This document shows, piece by piece, positions 55,246 to 64,000 of a stretch of DNA of 64,000 bases (position 1 is the stretch's first letter; every line of letters starts with the position of its first letter). A program made the position numbers and the translations under genes. The stretch covers positions 1 through 64,000 of the IMG/VR virus record IMGVR_UViG_3300030104_006883; one strand, 5' to 3'. This DNA is from a virus. A model generated the notes under the pieces. The model saw only the letters and a program-made list of their open reading frames with translations, was not told where the DNA came from and did not search any database.

Positions 55246-55908
55246 GTGAGAAAATTTGATAACATTGTTAAAAAACCATGGGGATACGAGTACGTAGCAT
55301 ACGAAAACGAACATTGTGCCTTGTGGTTTTTGCACATAAAGCACCAACACAGTACGTCGATGCATTGTCACCCAAATAAAACAACTGGTTTGATTTTATT
55401 AGATGGGCTCGCTGAAGTTTCTTTTATAGGTGATACGTTTCTTCTTAAACCTAATCACAAAATTATGATAAGAAAGGGCCTATTCCACTCTACAAAAGCA
55501 ACAAGCAAGAGTGGGATTAGCTTATTTGAAATAGAGACTCCGGTTGACAAGTTCGATCTCGTTAGGCTGCGAGATAGTTACGGTCGAGAAGGTAAGCCCT
55601 ATGAAGATGTCAGTCATGAGTACCCAAAGCTAGAAGAGTGCTTGAGAATTGAGGAGCCTCCAAGAGGCGCAGAAAATGTATACAGGACTGGTTCGACAAC
55701 CCTTAGAGTATGCAACATAAAAGACACGTCATTTTTTGACGATATAGAAGATGATAAAAATGTAATGTTTTTAAGAGGTGGCATTGTAACTGAGTACGGA
55801 ATTAATGTCGCTGGTCCTGGTGATATTGTATTAAGTAAAGTTATAAAAGAGTTGACAAGTGTTTTTAATAAAATTAAAATGGAAACGATTATAATGGTGT
55901 TTGAATAA
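55246..55908 (+). CDS. Cupin (mannose-6-phosphate isomerase-like)
   Basis: KPWGYE, SMHCH, FHS, EIET, RLRDSYGR. Confidence 0.75.
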   Translation: MRKFDNIVKKPWGYEYVAYENEHCALWFLHIKHQHSTSMHCHPNKTTGLILLDGLAEVSFIGDTFLLKPNHKIMIRKGLFHSTKATSKSGISLFEIETPVDKFDLVRLRDSYGREGKPYEDVSHEYPKLEECLRIEEPPRGAENVYRTGSTTLRVCNIKDTSFFDDIEDDKNVMFLRGGIVTEYGINVAGPGDIVLSKVIKELTSVFNKIKMETIIMVFE

Positions 55909-56306
55909 TGAGTGCAAAAGACTATCCACCCGGATTTGAAAAAGATACAAACAATCTTGCTATTGACTTTGATGGCGTGATTCACAACTATGATAAAGGC
56001 TATCACGACGGCACCTGCTATGGTGATCCAATTGAAGGCTCCCTTGAGGCTATAAGAAGCCTGTCAAAAGACTATAATATAGTTATTTTTACGGCCAAGG
56101 CTAAACCATCTAGGCCACTAGTAAACGGAAAGACTGGAGTCGAACTAGTTCAAGAGTGGCTTGAAAAGCATGATGTGATGCAATATGTGGCCGAGATCAC
56201 CGCTGAAAAGCCCCGATCGCAGATCTACATAGATGATAAAGGATACCACTTCCAGAACTGGGAAGACACTCTGAAATACCTGGAAGAGAAAGATGGAAGA
56301 ATTTAG
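55908..56306 (+). CDS. HAD-like phosphatase (capsule-associated type)
   Basis: AIDFDGVI, IFTAK, KP, YIDDK. Confidence 0.8.
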   Translation: MSAKDYPPGFEKDTNNLAIDFDGVIHNYDKGYHDGTCYGDPIEGSLEAIRSLSKDYNIVIFTAKAKPSRPLVNGKTGVELVQEWLEKHDVMQYVAEITAEKPRSQIYIDDKGYHFQNWEDTLKYLEEKDGRI

Positions 56307-57126
56307 ATTAAAGGTCTTTGAAAGGGCCGCTCTTTGTAGAAACTTCGAACAGTACGTTTTCGATGGCATACGAAACAAAATGTTCAATTTTCCAATTTAT
56401 CTTTCGGCAGGACAGGAGTATATATCAGCGTCTATAGCCGAAGTCATGAGTGAAAAGGGCATTACCCCGAACATTTTCATTCAGCATAGAGGGCATTCAA
56501 CTTACTTGTCATATGATGCGCCTATAGAAAAACTAATAGACGAGTTACTCGGAAGAGAAACTGGATGTGCCTATGGTATGGGCGGCTCGGCCTCTATACA
56601 TTCGAAAGAAAAGAATATCTTTGGGCACGATGGGCTTATGGGATCACAAGCTCCTATCGCTGTTGGACACTGCTATTCTACGCAGCATCCCACTATAGTG
56701 CATCTTGGAGACGCATCTGCGGAAGAGGACTATGTTCTCGGCGCTCTTGGATGGGCCTCTACTAAGAACCTTCCCATACTTTTTGTGGTAGAGGATAATA
56801 ATTTGTCTATTTTGACGGAGAAGAAGGTGCGTAGAAATTGGGAAATGCACGACGTAGCGCAGGCATTCCGCATGAAGGGAAAAGATATCTCTGATGATCC
56901 CATTGAAATAAAGGAAGCACTGGATGATGTTTTTAATGGCCCCATGTTATTAAATATTAATACCCATAGGAAGTTTTGGCACTCCGGCGCGGGCATTGAC
57001 GACGAAGATACGTTTGATAGATATGAAACAGAGATGGAACTGTTGGGGGACAGAGCCAAAGAAATAGATAAGCAATATAAACAAAAGATAAATGAACTAT
57101 GGAAAAAACAGTTAGAGACACAATAA
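56293..57126 (+). CDS. ThDP-dependent E1 alpha-like subunit
   Basis: GQE, HRGH, GMGGS, GDA...EDNN ThDP motif. Confidence 0.85.
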   Translation: MEEFRLKVFERAALCRNFEQYVFDGIRNKMFNFPIYLSAGQEYISASIAEVMSEKGITPNIFIQHRGHSTYLSYDAPIEKLIDELLGRETGCAYGMGGSASIHSKEKNIFGHDGLMGSQAPIAVGHCYSTQHPTIVHLGDASAEEDYVLGALGWASTKNLPILFVVEDNNLSILTEKKVRRNWEMHDVAQAFRMKGKDISDDPIEIKEALDDVFNGPMLLNINTHRKFWHSGAGIDDEDTFDRYETEMELLGDRAKEIDKQYKQKINELWKKQLETQ

Positions 57127-58004
57127 AAGAGCTAACCAGGGGACACCTAGAATCGGGTAGTAGATGTTTCGGACAATGCTTGACTGCTGTCGGGTGGGTA
57201 GGGGGAACCCTTCCTGAAATGTATGAAGAAGACGGCATGGTAGAACTTTCGATGGCTGATGTTGCTGCGAGCGGCTTCTTAACTGGCTTGGCTTTAGCTG
57301 GAGAGAGGCCAATTTATGTGGTAAGATATCAAGGATTTCAATGGTTTAATGCATCTATTATAACAAATTATGCAATGAAGTCTAAAGAGATATGGAAGCG
57401 CCCATGCCCCATGCTGATAAGAAGCATAGCAATGGAAGGAGGCATAGGCCCAGTAGCAGGTTCATCGCACCATTCGATATACCAAAGGATGCCTGGAGTT
57501 AAGGTAGCTTCTCCGATGACGCCTGGTGAGTATCGAGAGGTGTATGAGAGGTTTATGGAAGAGGATGAAGTTTATTATGTGTCCGAGCACAGGAAGAGTT
57601 ACGATAATACTCAAGAACTTGCTGATACCATACACGAAGAGGCTGATATAACCTTATTCCCTATCTCCATAACAAGGTTTGCGGCAGAAGAAGCTAGACA
57701 AAAACTAGAGGAGCAGGGCCTGAAAGTTAACGTAATTCATCAAGTTTGGATAAAGCCGTTTATTTTTCACCCTGAGTGGGCGACAGCGTTAAACAATTCT
57801 CGATTTGGTGGTATAGTATTAGACGATGATTATGAGGAAGGCGTTGCTAGTAGCATTGCCCATAGAATGATAATGGGCTCTACCTCAAAAGTTGCAACAA
57901 TGGGCTTACCGCATAGGACTGCCGGGTTCCACCCAAGGGTGGACAACTTGCCACCAAACGCAGACCAAATTATTGATAGAGTTAAGGAAATTTGTAATGT
58001 ATGA
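57099..58004 (+). CDS. ThDP-dependent E1 beta-like subunit
   Basis: FGQ, GSSH, VASPMTP, C-terminal transketolase-like domain. Confidence 0.8.
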   Translation: MEKTVRDTIKELTRGHLESGSRCFGQCLTAVGWVGGTLPEMYEEDGMVELSMADVAASGFLTGLALAGERPIYVVRYQGFQWFNASIITNYAMKSKEIWKRPCPMLIRSIAMEGGIGPVAGSSHHSIYQRMPGVKVASPMTPGEYREVYERFMEEDEVYYVSEHRKSYDNTQELADTIHEEADITLFPISITRFAAEEARQKLEEQGLKVNVIHQVWIKPFIFHPEWATALNNSRFGGIVLDDDYEEGVASSIAHRMIMGSTSKVATMGLPHRTAGFHPRVDNLPPNADQIIDRVKEICNV

Positions 58005-59151
58005 TTGGCCGCTAATAAATGATAATATTTCGCAAAGAGATAAAGAGATACTTTCTCATTTTATTCTAAAAAGCAATAGGTTTACTAATGGGCCTAAAGT
58101 AGCTGAATTCGAGGAAGAGTGGTCTAAGTGGCTCGGAGTAAAGTACAGCGTGATGGTCGGGTCTGGAGCCGCTGCTAACTATATAACAACTTCCATAACG
58201 AGAGAGTTAAAAGGATCAGGCGGAGAAATTATTGTTCCACCTATTGGATGGGTATCTGATATATCATCCGTAATCAACACCGGATTCACGCCTGTGTTTG
58301 TAGATGTCAATCTGGCAACCATGGCTATTGCCTATGAAAACATTAAAGCAGCCATAAATGAAAATACGAAAGCGATTGTTCTTGTTCATGCGCTTGGTTT
58401 TAATGGAATTAATGATAAAATTATTTCTTTGGCGAAGGAGCATGATCTGCTGTTATTAGAGGACTGCTGTGAAGCTCATGGTGCGACTTATAATGGCAAG
58501 AGGGTTGGTTCTCTTGGTGATATGTCTTGTTTTTCTTTTTATTTTGGCCATCATATAACAACTATTGAAGGCGGGATGGTTTGTACAAATGATGAAGAAA
58601 CGTACCAACTTGCGAGAATGCTTAGATCTCATGGCATGACACGCGAAGCCTCTAAAGAAACACAGGAGAAATACGCCAGTCCGGACCTTAACCCTTTGTT
58701 TACTTTTGCTGTGCCTGGATACAACATGAGGAGCACTGAAATAAATGCTGTTTTAGGTCTAGAGCAAATTCGAAGGTTAGATTACAATGTACACACACGA
58801 CAACAAAATTTTGATACCTGGATAAACAACTTAGATAGTGAGAAGTATTATACTAAGTTTGCAGATGCCGGTAACAGCAATTTTGCTCTTCCTTTAATCT
58901 TAGCTGAAGGGAGCACAAAAAAAGATGTTGTATGCGCAATTCTTGAAGAAGAAAAAGTAGAGTATAGACTTGGCACAGCAGGCGGCGGCAATCAGGCCAG
59001 ACAGCCTTATTTAAAAAACTATGAGCATAAGATAGTTGAAGAGTTGAAGAATTCCAACTATATCCATGATTATGGGTTGTACATTGGCAATCATACTGAT
59101 TTATCGGAACAGCAGATTAAAAATCTATGTGCAAGGTTAAATGATGTTTAA
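57997..59151 (+). CDS. PLP-dependent 3-dehydratase (ColD/RfbH-type, His replaces Lys)
   Basis: EDCCEAHG, SFYFGHHITTIEGG, GYNMR; about 385 aa, no obvious Fe-S Cys cluster. Confidence 0.75.
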   Translation: MYDWPLINDNISQRDKEILSHFILKSNRFTNGPKVAEFEEEWSKWLGVKYSVMVGSGAAANYITTSITRELKGSGGEIIVPPIGWVSDISSVINTGFTPVFVDVNLATMAIAYENIKAAINENTKAIVLVHALGFNGINDKIISLAKEHDLLLLEDCCEAHGATYNGKRVGSLGDMSCFSFYFGHHITTIEGGMVCTNDEETYQLARMLRSHGMTREASKETQEKYASPDLNPLFTFAVPGYNMRSTEINAVLGLEQIRRLDYNVHTRQQNFDTWINNLDSEKYYTKFADAGNSNFALPLILAEGSTKKDVVCAILEEEKVEYRLGTAGGGNQARQPYLKNYEHKIVEELKNSNYIHDYGLYIGNHTDLSEQQIKNLCARLNDV

Positions 59152-60115
59152 AAACCAAAAGGTCTTAGTTACTGGTGGCTCTGGCATGATTGGCAGAGAA
59201 CTAGTATCATTATTACTAGAAAAGGGTGCTAGCGTCTATATCGCGGACCTCAAGCAACCAGAGGAACTAAAAGATAAAGTTACATTTGTTAAGGTAGACT
59301 TGCGAGAGTACTCCTCTTGTTTACAGATCTGTGAAGGTATGGACTATGTGTTTAATTTGGTGGGAATTAAGTGCTCGCCAAGAGTCTGCATTGAGGAGCC
59401 AGCGAAGATAATGGGTCCTATGATGCAATTTAACACGAACATGCTTGAGGCAGCAATGCACCACAATGTAAAATGGTACCTATATACAAGCACAGTGGGT
59501 GTTTACCAACCGGCAGAAGTCCTAAGAGAGGACGATGTTTGGTCAACACAACCCTCAAAGAACGATTGGTTCGGAGGCTGGGCAAAGCGAATGGGAGAAC
59601 TTCAATGCCAAGCGTACCAGAAGCAGTACGGAGAGGGGAAATGCAGTATCGTAAGACCTGCAAATGTTTATGGTCCCCACGACAACTTTGACCTAGATAG
59701 TGCAATGGTAATACCTTCTCTTATTAGGAAAGCATTTAGTAACGATGTTTTACAAGTATGGGGCGATGGCTCATCTATTAGAGACTTTATTCACGCGAGA
59801 GATGTTGCCAGGGGTATGATTTTTGCGGTAGAAAATAAAATAACAGAACCACTTAATCTTGGCTCCGGAGATGAAATTAGCATCAAAAGAATAGCAGAGG
59901 CTGTAGCTAAAGAGGCAGATGTAAAAATAGAATGGGACACTTCCAAGCCAACAGGAGACCACAGAAGAGTTTTTGACATGGAAAGAGCAAAGTCTCATGG
60001 TTTCCAGCCCCAGATCTCAATCGAAGAGGGCGTCAAAGAAACAATTGACTGGTACTTGAAAAATAAATCAATGGCTGATTCTGGCAAAGACGTGTTTAAA
60101 TTGTTGGAGAAGTAA
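59141..60115 (+). CDS. GDP-fucose synthase/ColC-like NAD(P)-dependent epimerase-reductase
   Basis: TGGSGMIG, PANVYGPHDNF, VIPSLIRK, WGDG, RDFIHA, KPTGD. Confidence 0.8.
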   Translation: MMFKNQKVLVTGGSGMIGRELVSLLLEKGASVYIADLKQPEELKDKVTFVKVDLREYSSCLQICEGMDYVFNLVGIKCSPRVCIEEPAKIMGPMMQFNTNMLEAAMHHNVKWYLYTSTVGVYQPAEVLREDDVWSTQPSKNDWFGGWAKRMGELQCQAYQKQYGEGKCSIVRPANVYGPHDNFDLDSAMVIPSLIRKAFSNDVLQVWGDGSSIRDFIHARDVARGMIFAVENKITEPLNLGSGDEISIKRIAEAVAKEADVKIEWDTSKPTGDHRRVFDMERAKSHGFQPQISIEEGVKETIDWYLKNKSMADSGKDVFKLLEK

Positions 60116-60697
60116 TTGAAAAAGTTTAAAGTTTTAATAACTGGCTGCTCTTCTGGGCTAGGGCTCCATTTGGCCAATAAATTTGAAAAGGAAGGTCATT
60201 TTGTTTTTAGACATGAAGGCAAAAAGCACTTTGATTTGTCAAAAATAGAAGAAGTTAAACACTTATCAGAAGAAGCAAAAAAGCTCGAAATAGATGTCTT
60301 AGTTAATAATGCAGCGATGGTATGTCCAAGCATTGTTTTAGAGGAATATGAAGATGACTTAATTGATTCAATGATAGAGGTAAACTTGAAAGCTCCAATT
60401 GTATTAACTAAAAAATTACTTCCGACTTTAAAGAATCTTATAAATATTAATTCCATGGTTGGGCTGGAAATAAAGGCACCTAGAACACTCTACTCTGCCA
60501 CTAAGTGGGGACTGAGAGGCTTTTCAAATAGTCTAAAGAAGGAAAGCAATCTGTCGGTTTTAGACGTATACCCCACGAATATAAAAACAACCCCGGATAG
60601 GGTAAATGCAATGGATATCGATATGGTTGTTGATGAGATCTACAGCGCGTTTGTTGAAGAAAAAGAAGAACTAATATTGGACGGAAGAAAAAGATGA
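60116..60697 (+). CDS. Short-chain dehydrogenase/reductase
   Basis: TGCSSGLG, NNAA, YSATK. Confidence 0.85.
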   Translation: MKKFKVLITGCSSGLGLHLANKFEKEGHFVFRHEGKKHFDLSKIEEVKHLSEEAKKLEIDVLVNNAAMVCPSIVLEEYEDDLIDSMIEVNLKAPIVLTKKLLPTLKNLININSMVGLEIKAPRTLYSATKWGLRGFSNSLKKESNLSVLDVYPTNIKTTPDRVNAMDIDMVVDEIYSAFVEEKEELILDGRKR

Positions 60698-61647
60698 AAA
60701 GAATTTTAATTTGCGGAGCAACAGGGTTCATAGGTAGAAACCTCTTAGATTTCTACTCTAAAGATAAGAAATATAAAATTAGGGCTACCCACTTTAAGAG
60801 ACCGGCTTTATCTGGTTATGAAGACGTTGAGTGGGTACAGTGTGATCTTCGCGATCCAAAGCAGGTGTCAGATGTCCTGCAAGACGTAGATATAATTATG
60901 CAGTTTGCTGCCACCACAACTGGAGCAAAGGATATTGTCTCTAAACCGTATATCCATGTCACGGACAATGTTATTATGAATTCTTATCTCTTACGAGAGG
61001 CTTTTGAGCAAGGAGTGGAGCATTTTATTTTTCCAAGCTGCACAATAATGTACCAAAAATCAGAAAAAGCCTTAAAAGAAGACGACTACAACCCTTCGGA
61101 TGATATTTTGCCTTTTTATTATGGAGCGGGGCACACAAAGGTGTACTTAGAAAACATGTGTAAGTTTTATGCTGGTTTTGGAAAAACCAAGCACACGGTT
61201 ATTAGGCACTCTAATTTATACGGACCTCATGATAAATATGATTTAGAAAAGTCTCATGTAACAGGAGCGACAATTACTAAAGTCATGACTTCTAGAAATG
61301 ATGTTGTTAGCGTATGGGGAACCGGGGAGGAGGCGAGAGACCTACTGTATATAGAAGATTTTATTTCCTTTATAGAGGCAGCGATAAACAATCAAGAAAG
61401 CGACTATGAGCTTTATAACGTTGGCTTAGGTAAGGGTATAAAAATTAAAGATTTAGTTAAAAAAGTGATACAATGTTCTGGTAAAAATTTAAAAATTGAA
61501 CATGACTTAACGAAACCAACGGTGCCTACTTCTTTATTTTTAGACTGTACAAAGGCAAAAAAAGAGCTTAATTGGGAGCCAAACTATACTTTAGAAGGTG
61601 GTTTAAAAGAAACAATCAAATGGTATAAGGAAAATTATAATGGGTAA
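60694..61647 (+). CDS. GDP-fucose synthase-like NAD(P)-dependent epimerase-reductase
   Basis: GATGFIG, YGAGHTK, NLYGPHD, WGTG, RDLLY. Confidence 0.8.
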   Translation: MKRILICGATGFIGRNLLDFYSKDKKYKIRATHFKRPALSGYEDVEWVQCDLRDPKQVSDVLQDVDIIMQFAATTTGAKDIVSKPYIHVTDNVIMNSYLLREAFEQGVEHFIFPSCTIMYQKSEKALKEDDYNPSDDILPFYYGAGHTKVYLENMCKFYAGFGKTKHTVIRHSNLYGPHDKYDLEKSHVTGATITKVMTSRNDVVSVWGTGEEARDLLYIEDFISFIEAAINNQESDYELYNVGLGKGIKIKDLVKKVIQCSGKNLKIEHDLTKPTVPTSLFLDCTKAKKELNWEPNYTLEGGLKETIKWYKENYNG

Positions 61648-62434
61648 TCTAAAAACAGACATGGACTCGTTTGAATTAAGTGAGAAGCAACTTGAATTTT
61701 ATTACGAAAATGGGTATTTATTAATCCCTCAAGTATGGGGGAGAGAGGAAATCGACATTATTAGAAAAGACCTAGATGAGGCCGCAGAGGGCCATTTTAC
61801 GGTTAGGCTAGATATGCATTTTCATAAAAGTATAAAACAGGCACATAGAGGAAAAAAGATGTGCGACATTGGGGATGCTATATGTAATGGACGAGCAGTG
61901 CCAATAGCTGCAACTACATTTTTTTGCAAGCCAAATAATCCACTAGAATATGGATCAATATGGCATCAAGACAATTTTGCCCCTATGGCTCCTAACGGAA
62001 ACAATTATATAAATTTAGCTATAGCTGTTGATGACGCCGACGAAACAAACGGATCTTTGATCGTGATCCCTGGAAGCCATAAATTTGGTATGCTGTCTTT
62101 TGACCCTAGCCCAAATTTCTCACGAGATGAGAAGGGTCGTATAGTACAGGTTGCACCGATTGGAGATGCCAAAAAGCTGAGTGATTACACAAACGCTGAT
62201 GGAATCGTACTTTCCGACGACCTTCCGACAGTGCAGTTAAAGTATAATGCAGGAGATGTTCTGGTAGTAAATGGATTGTTGCTACACAAGGCTGATAAAA
62301 ATATGCATCCAACTCGATGGAGGCGTACAATATACGCGGTTTATATCAAGGAGAAGGAGCCTTTTTGGCCAGGATGGACCGCGCAAAGAAAACTTCTAGA
62401 AAGATATGATTCTCCGAATTATAACAAAGGATAA
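61640..62434 (+). CDS. Phytanoyl-CoA dioxygenase (PhyH)-family Fe(II)/2OG oxygenase
   Basis: WHQD, NGSLIVIPGSH, distal H in LLHK, R. Confidence 0.85.
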   Translation: MGNLKTDMDSFELSEKQLEFYYENGYLLIPQVWGREEIDIIRKDLDEAAEGHFTVRLDMHFHKSIKQAHRGKKMCDIGDAICNGRAVPIAATTFFCKPNNPLEYGSIWHQDNFAPMAPNGNNYINLAIAVDDADETNGSLIVIPGSHKFGMLSFDPSPNFSRDEKGRIVQVAPIGDAKKLSDYTNADGIVLSDDLPTVQLKYNAGDVLVVNGLLLHKADKNMHPTRWRRTIYAVYIKEKEPFWPGWTAQRKLLERYDSPNYNKG

Positions 62435-62437
62435 AAA

Positions 62438-63445
62438 TTGAAGAGAGCAGTTATTACAGGAATCACAGGTATGGTTGGTTCTCATCTGGCAGATTATCTG
62501 CTTGAGAACACAGATTGGGAAGTGTATGGACTGGTTCGATGGAATGACAAGATGGATAACATTGAACACCTCATGCCACTAATCAATAACAAAGAAAGAA
62601 TTCATCTTTTAAATGCGGATATTAATGATCTGGCTTCGCTATTAACTTGCTTTAAGGAGTCAAATCCGGACTATGTTTTTCATTTAGCTGCACAAAGCTA
62701 CCCAAAAACAAGCTTTACCGCACCTCTTGAGACATTAGAAACAAATATCCTTGGTACGGCGAAAGTCCTCGAAGCAATAAGAGTATTAAAGCAAGATCCG
62801 GTGGTACACGTATGTGCGTCTTCGGAAGTTTTCGGTCGAGTGCCAAAAGAATTTTTACCAATTCACGAGGATATAACTTTTCATCCTGCCTCTCCCTATG
62901 CGATTTCAAAAGTAGGAACAGATCTTGTTGGTAGATTTTATGGAGAGGCTTATGGCATGACTGTGATAACGACTCGAATGTTTACCCATACGGGTCCACG
63001 AAGAGGGGATGTGTTTGCTGAATCAACGTTTGCAAAGCAAATTGCCATGATTGAAAAGGGCCTCCAAGAACCAGTTGTTAAAGTAGGAAATTTGGAATCT
63101 CTTAGAACTTGGTCCGATGTTAGAGATGCTGTTAGGGCTTATTACCTGCTGGTCACGCAGGATCCGAAAGCCGGAGAGTATTACAATATTGGTGGATCGT
63201 TTACTTGCACTATCAGGGAGATGTTGGATCATTTAATATCTCTATCAACAGTTAAGGATATTAAAGTTGAGACCGATCCTGAAAGACTACGGCCAATCGA
63301 TGCAGATTTGCAAGTGCCCGATACGACGAAATTCAAGTCGCACACTGGATGGGAACCAGAAATATCTTTTGAAAGAACTATGTTGGATCTGTTAAACTAT
63401 TGGAGAGAGCAAGTTAATTCTGGCCAAAGGTTTTTGTCTAGATAA
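62438..63445 (+). CDS. gmd: GDP-mannose 4,6-dehydratase
   Basis: TGITGMVG, LAAQSY, ASSSE, SPYAISK, HTGPRRG, GNLESLRTWSDVRD. Confidence 0.85.
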   Translation: MKRAVITGITGMVGSHLADYLLENTDWEVYGLVRWNDKMDNIEHLMPLINNKERIHLLNADINDLASLLTCFKESNPDYVFHLAAQSYPKTSFTAPLETLETNILGTAKVLEAIRVLKQDPVVHVCASSEVFGRVPKEFLPIHEDITFHPASPYAISKVGTDLVGRFYGEAYGMTVITTRMFTHTGPRRGDVFAESTFAKQIAMIEKGLQEPVVKVGNLESLRTWSDVRDAVRAYYLLVTQDPKAGEYYNIGGSFTCTIREMLDHLISLSTVKDIKVETDPERLRPIDADLQVPDTTKFKSHTGWEPEISFERTMLDLLNYWREQVNSGQRFLSR

Positions 63446-63455
63446 GGACGGACAG

Positions 63456-64000
63456 ATGTCTATTTTAGTTATTGGAGAAAGTTGTCTCGATGTGTTTAGG
63501 TATGGTGAGTGTAACCGGATGTGCCCGGAAGCTCCTGTGCCAGTGTTTAACCCTATAGAAACCACAGAAAACGGGGGGATGGCAACTAATGTCTATACAA
63601 ATCTTATTAGTATGAAATCGGAAGCAGATATTCTTACTAATGAAAATTATAATTCTATTAAGAAAATAAGATTTATAGATCATAGGACCAATCATATGTT
63701 TATGCGCCTCGATGAAAGGGATGGGGATTATGGTACGTGTCCGGTTGAGGACATAGACTTCGATAAATATCAAGCTATAATAGTATCTGATTACAACAAA
63801 GGATACCTTTCGGAAGAGCATATAAATTATATTGGTAGATCCCACGATAGTGTCTTTTTAGACACGAAAAAAATACTGGGGGATTGGTGTGAGAGTGTAA
63901 AATTTATTAAATTTAACAGCGCAGAATACGAAAGGTCTAAACCATATATAAACAGGACTATTGAAGAGAAGCTTATTGTAACTCTTGGCCCCCAGGGCGC
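63456..64000 (+). CDS. RfaE/HldE-type sugar kinase (PfkB family), partial
   Basis: Hand translation MSILVIGESCLD...PEAPVPV...GGMATNV...SDYNKG...DTK...VTLG; open at right edge. Confidence 0.85.
   Translation, partial: MSILVIGESCLDVFRYGECNRMCPEAPVPVFNPIETTENGGMATNVYTNLISMKSEADILTNENYNSIKKIRFIDHRTNHMFMRLDERDGDYGTCPVEDIDFDKYQAIIVSDYNKGYLSEEHINYIGRSHDSVFLDTKKILGDWCESVKFIKFNSAEYERSKPYINRTIEEKLIVTLGPQG

Noticed and set aside
56293-58004. Pyruvate dehydrogenase as an auxiliary central-metabolism gene pair
   Set aside because: No E2/E3, and the context is entirely nucleotide-sugar enzymes
1-64000. Alternative genetic code (stop-codon reassignment)
   Set aside because: Code 11 gives dense coding, and TAA, TAG and TGA all end coupled genes; only one suspicious in-frame TGA (28527)
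40559-64000. Window is a bacterial chromosome with an LPS locus
   Set aside because: No housekeeping context, Wzx/Wzy/ABC export genes or typical bacterial operons in the window; flanking content is phage-like. Not fully excluded without the rest of the contig

Overview
The window reads as a fragment of a very large (jumbo/huge) dsDNA phage genome. No capsid, terminase or polymerase gene lies inside it, so the phage call is inferred from gene content and layout. Several markers suggest a Myxococcota/Bdellovibrionota-like host: ECDGxDNDCDG repeats, a CglF-like protein and an ANDNV..ALAA tmRNA tag. There are three zones. (1) 1-11.0 kb is a GC-richer early/host-takeover region of tiny genes, almost each behind its own sigma70-type promoter with an unusually constant 16-bp spacer. 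It opens with a tandem array of at least 10 divergent KOW/SH3-like mini-genes joined by a 14-nt repeat (RTGAAAGTCGGTGA) that is both the end of one gene (ESR-stop) and the start of the next (MKVGD). It also holds a MoxR AAA+/vWA pair, candidate mimic proteins, non-coding RNAs including a tRNA-like RNA, and a divergent sigma factor. (2) 11-40 kb is an AT-rich region with an ACTA(A/T/G)TTA upstream motif. Many unrelated enzyme domains (WYL-kinase polyprotein, NUDIX, HAD, HhH, ParB-like, ART-like) share a short N-terminal leader resembling a capsid-targeting sequence. It also has tmRNA, tRNA-Thr, ClpP, a J-domain protein, TrmH/SpoU, PIN-PhoH and a PD-(D/E)XK nuclease. (3) 40.5-64 kb is an uninterrupted 27-gene glycan biosynthesis cluster that continues past the window end and may make a branched 3,6-dideoxy sugar. 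All family calls come from motif recognition by eye; no database searches were run.
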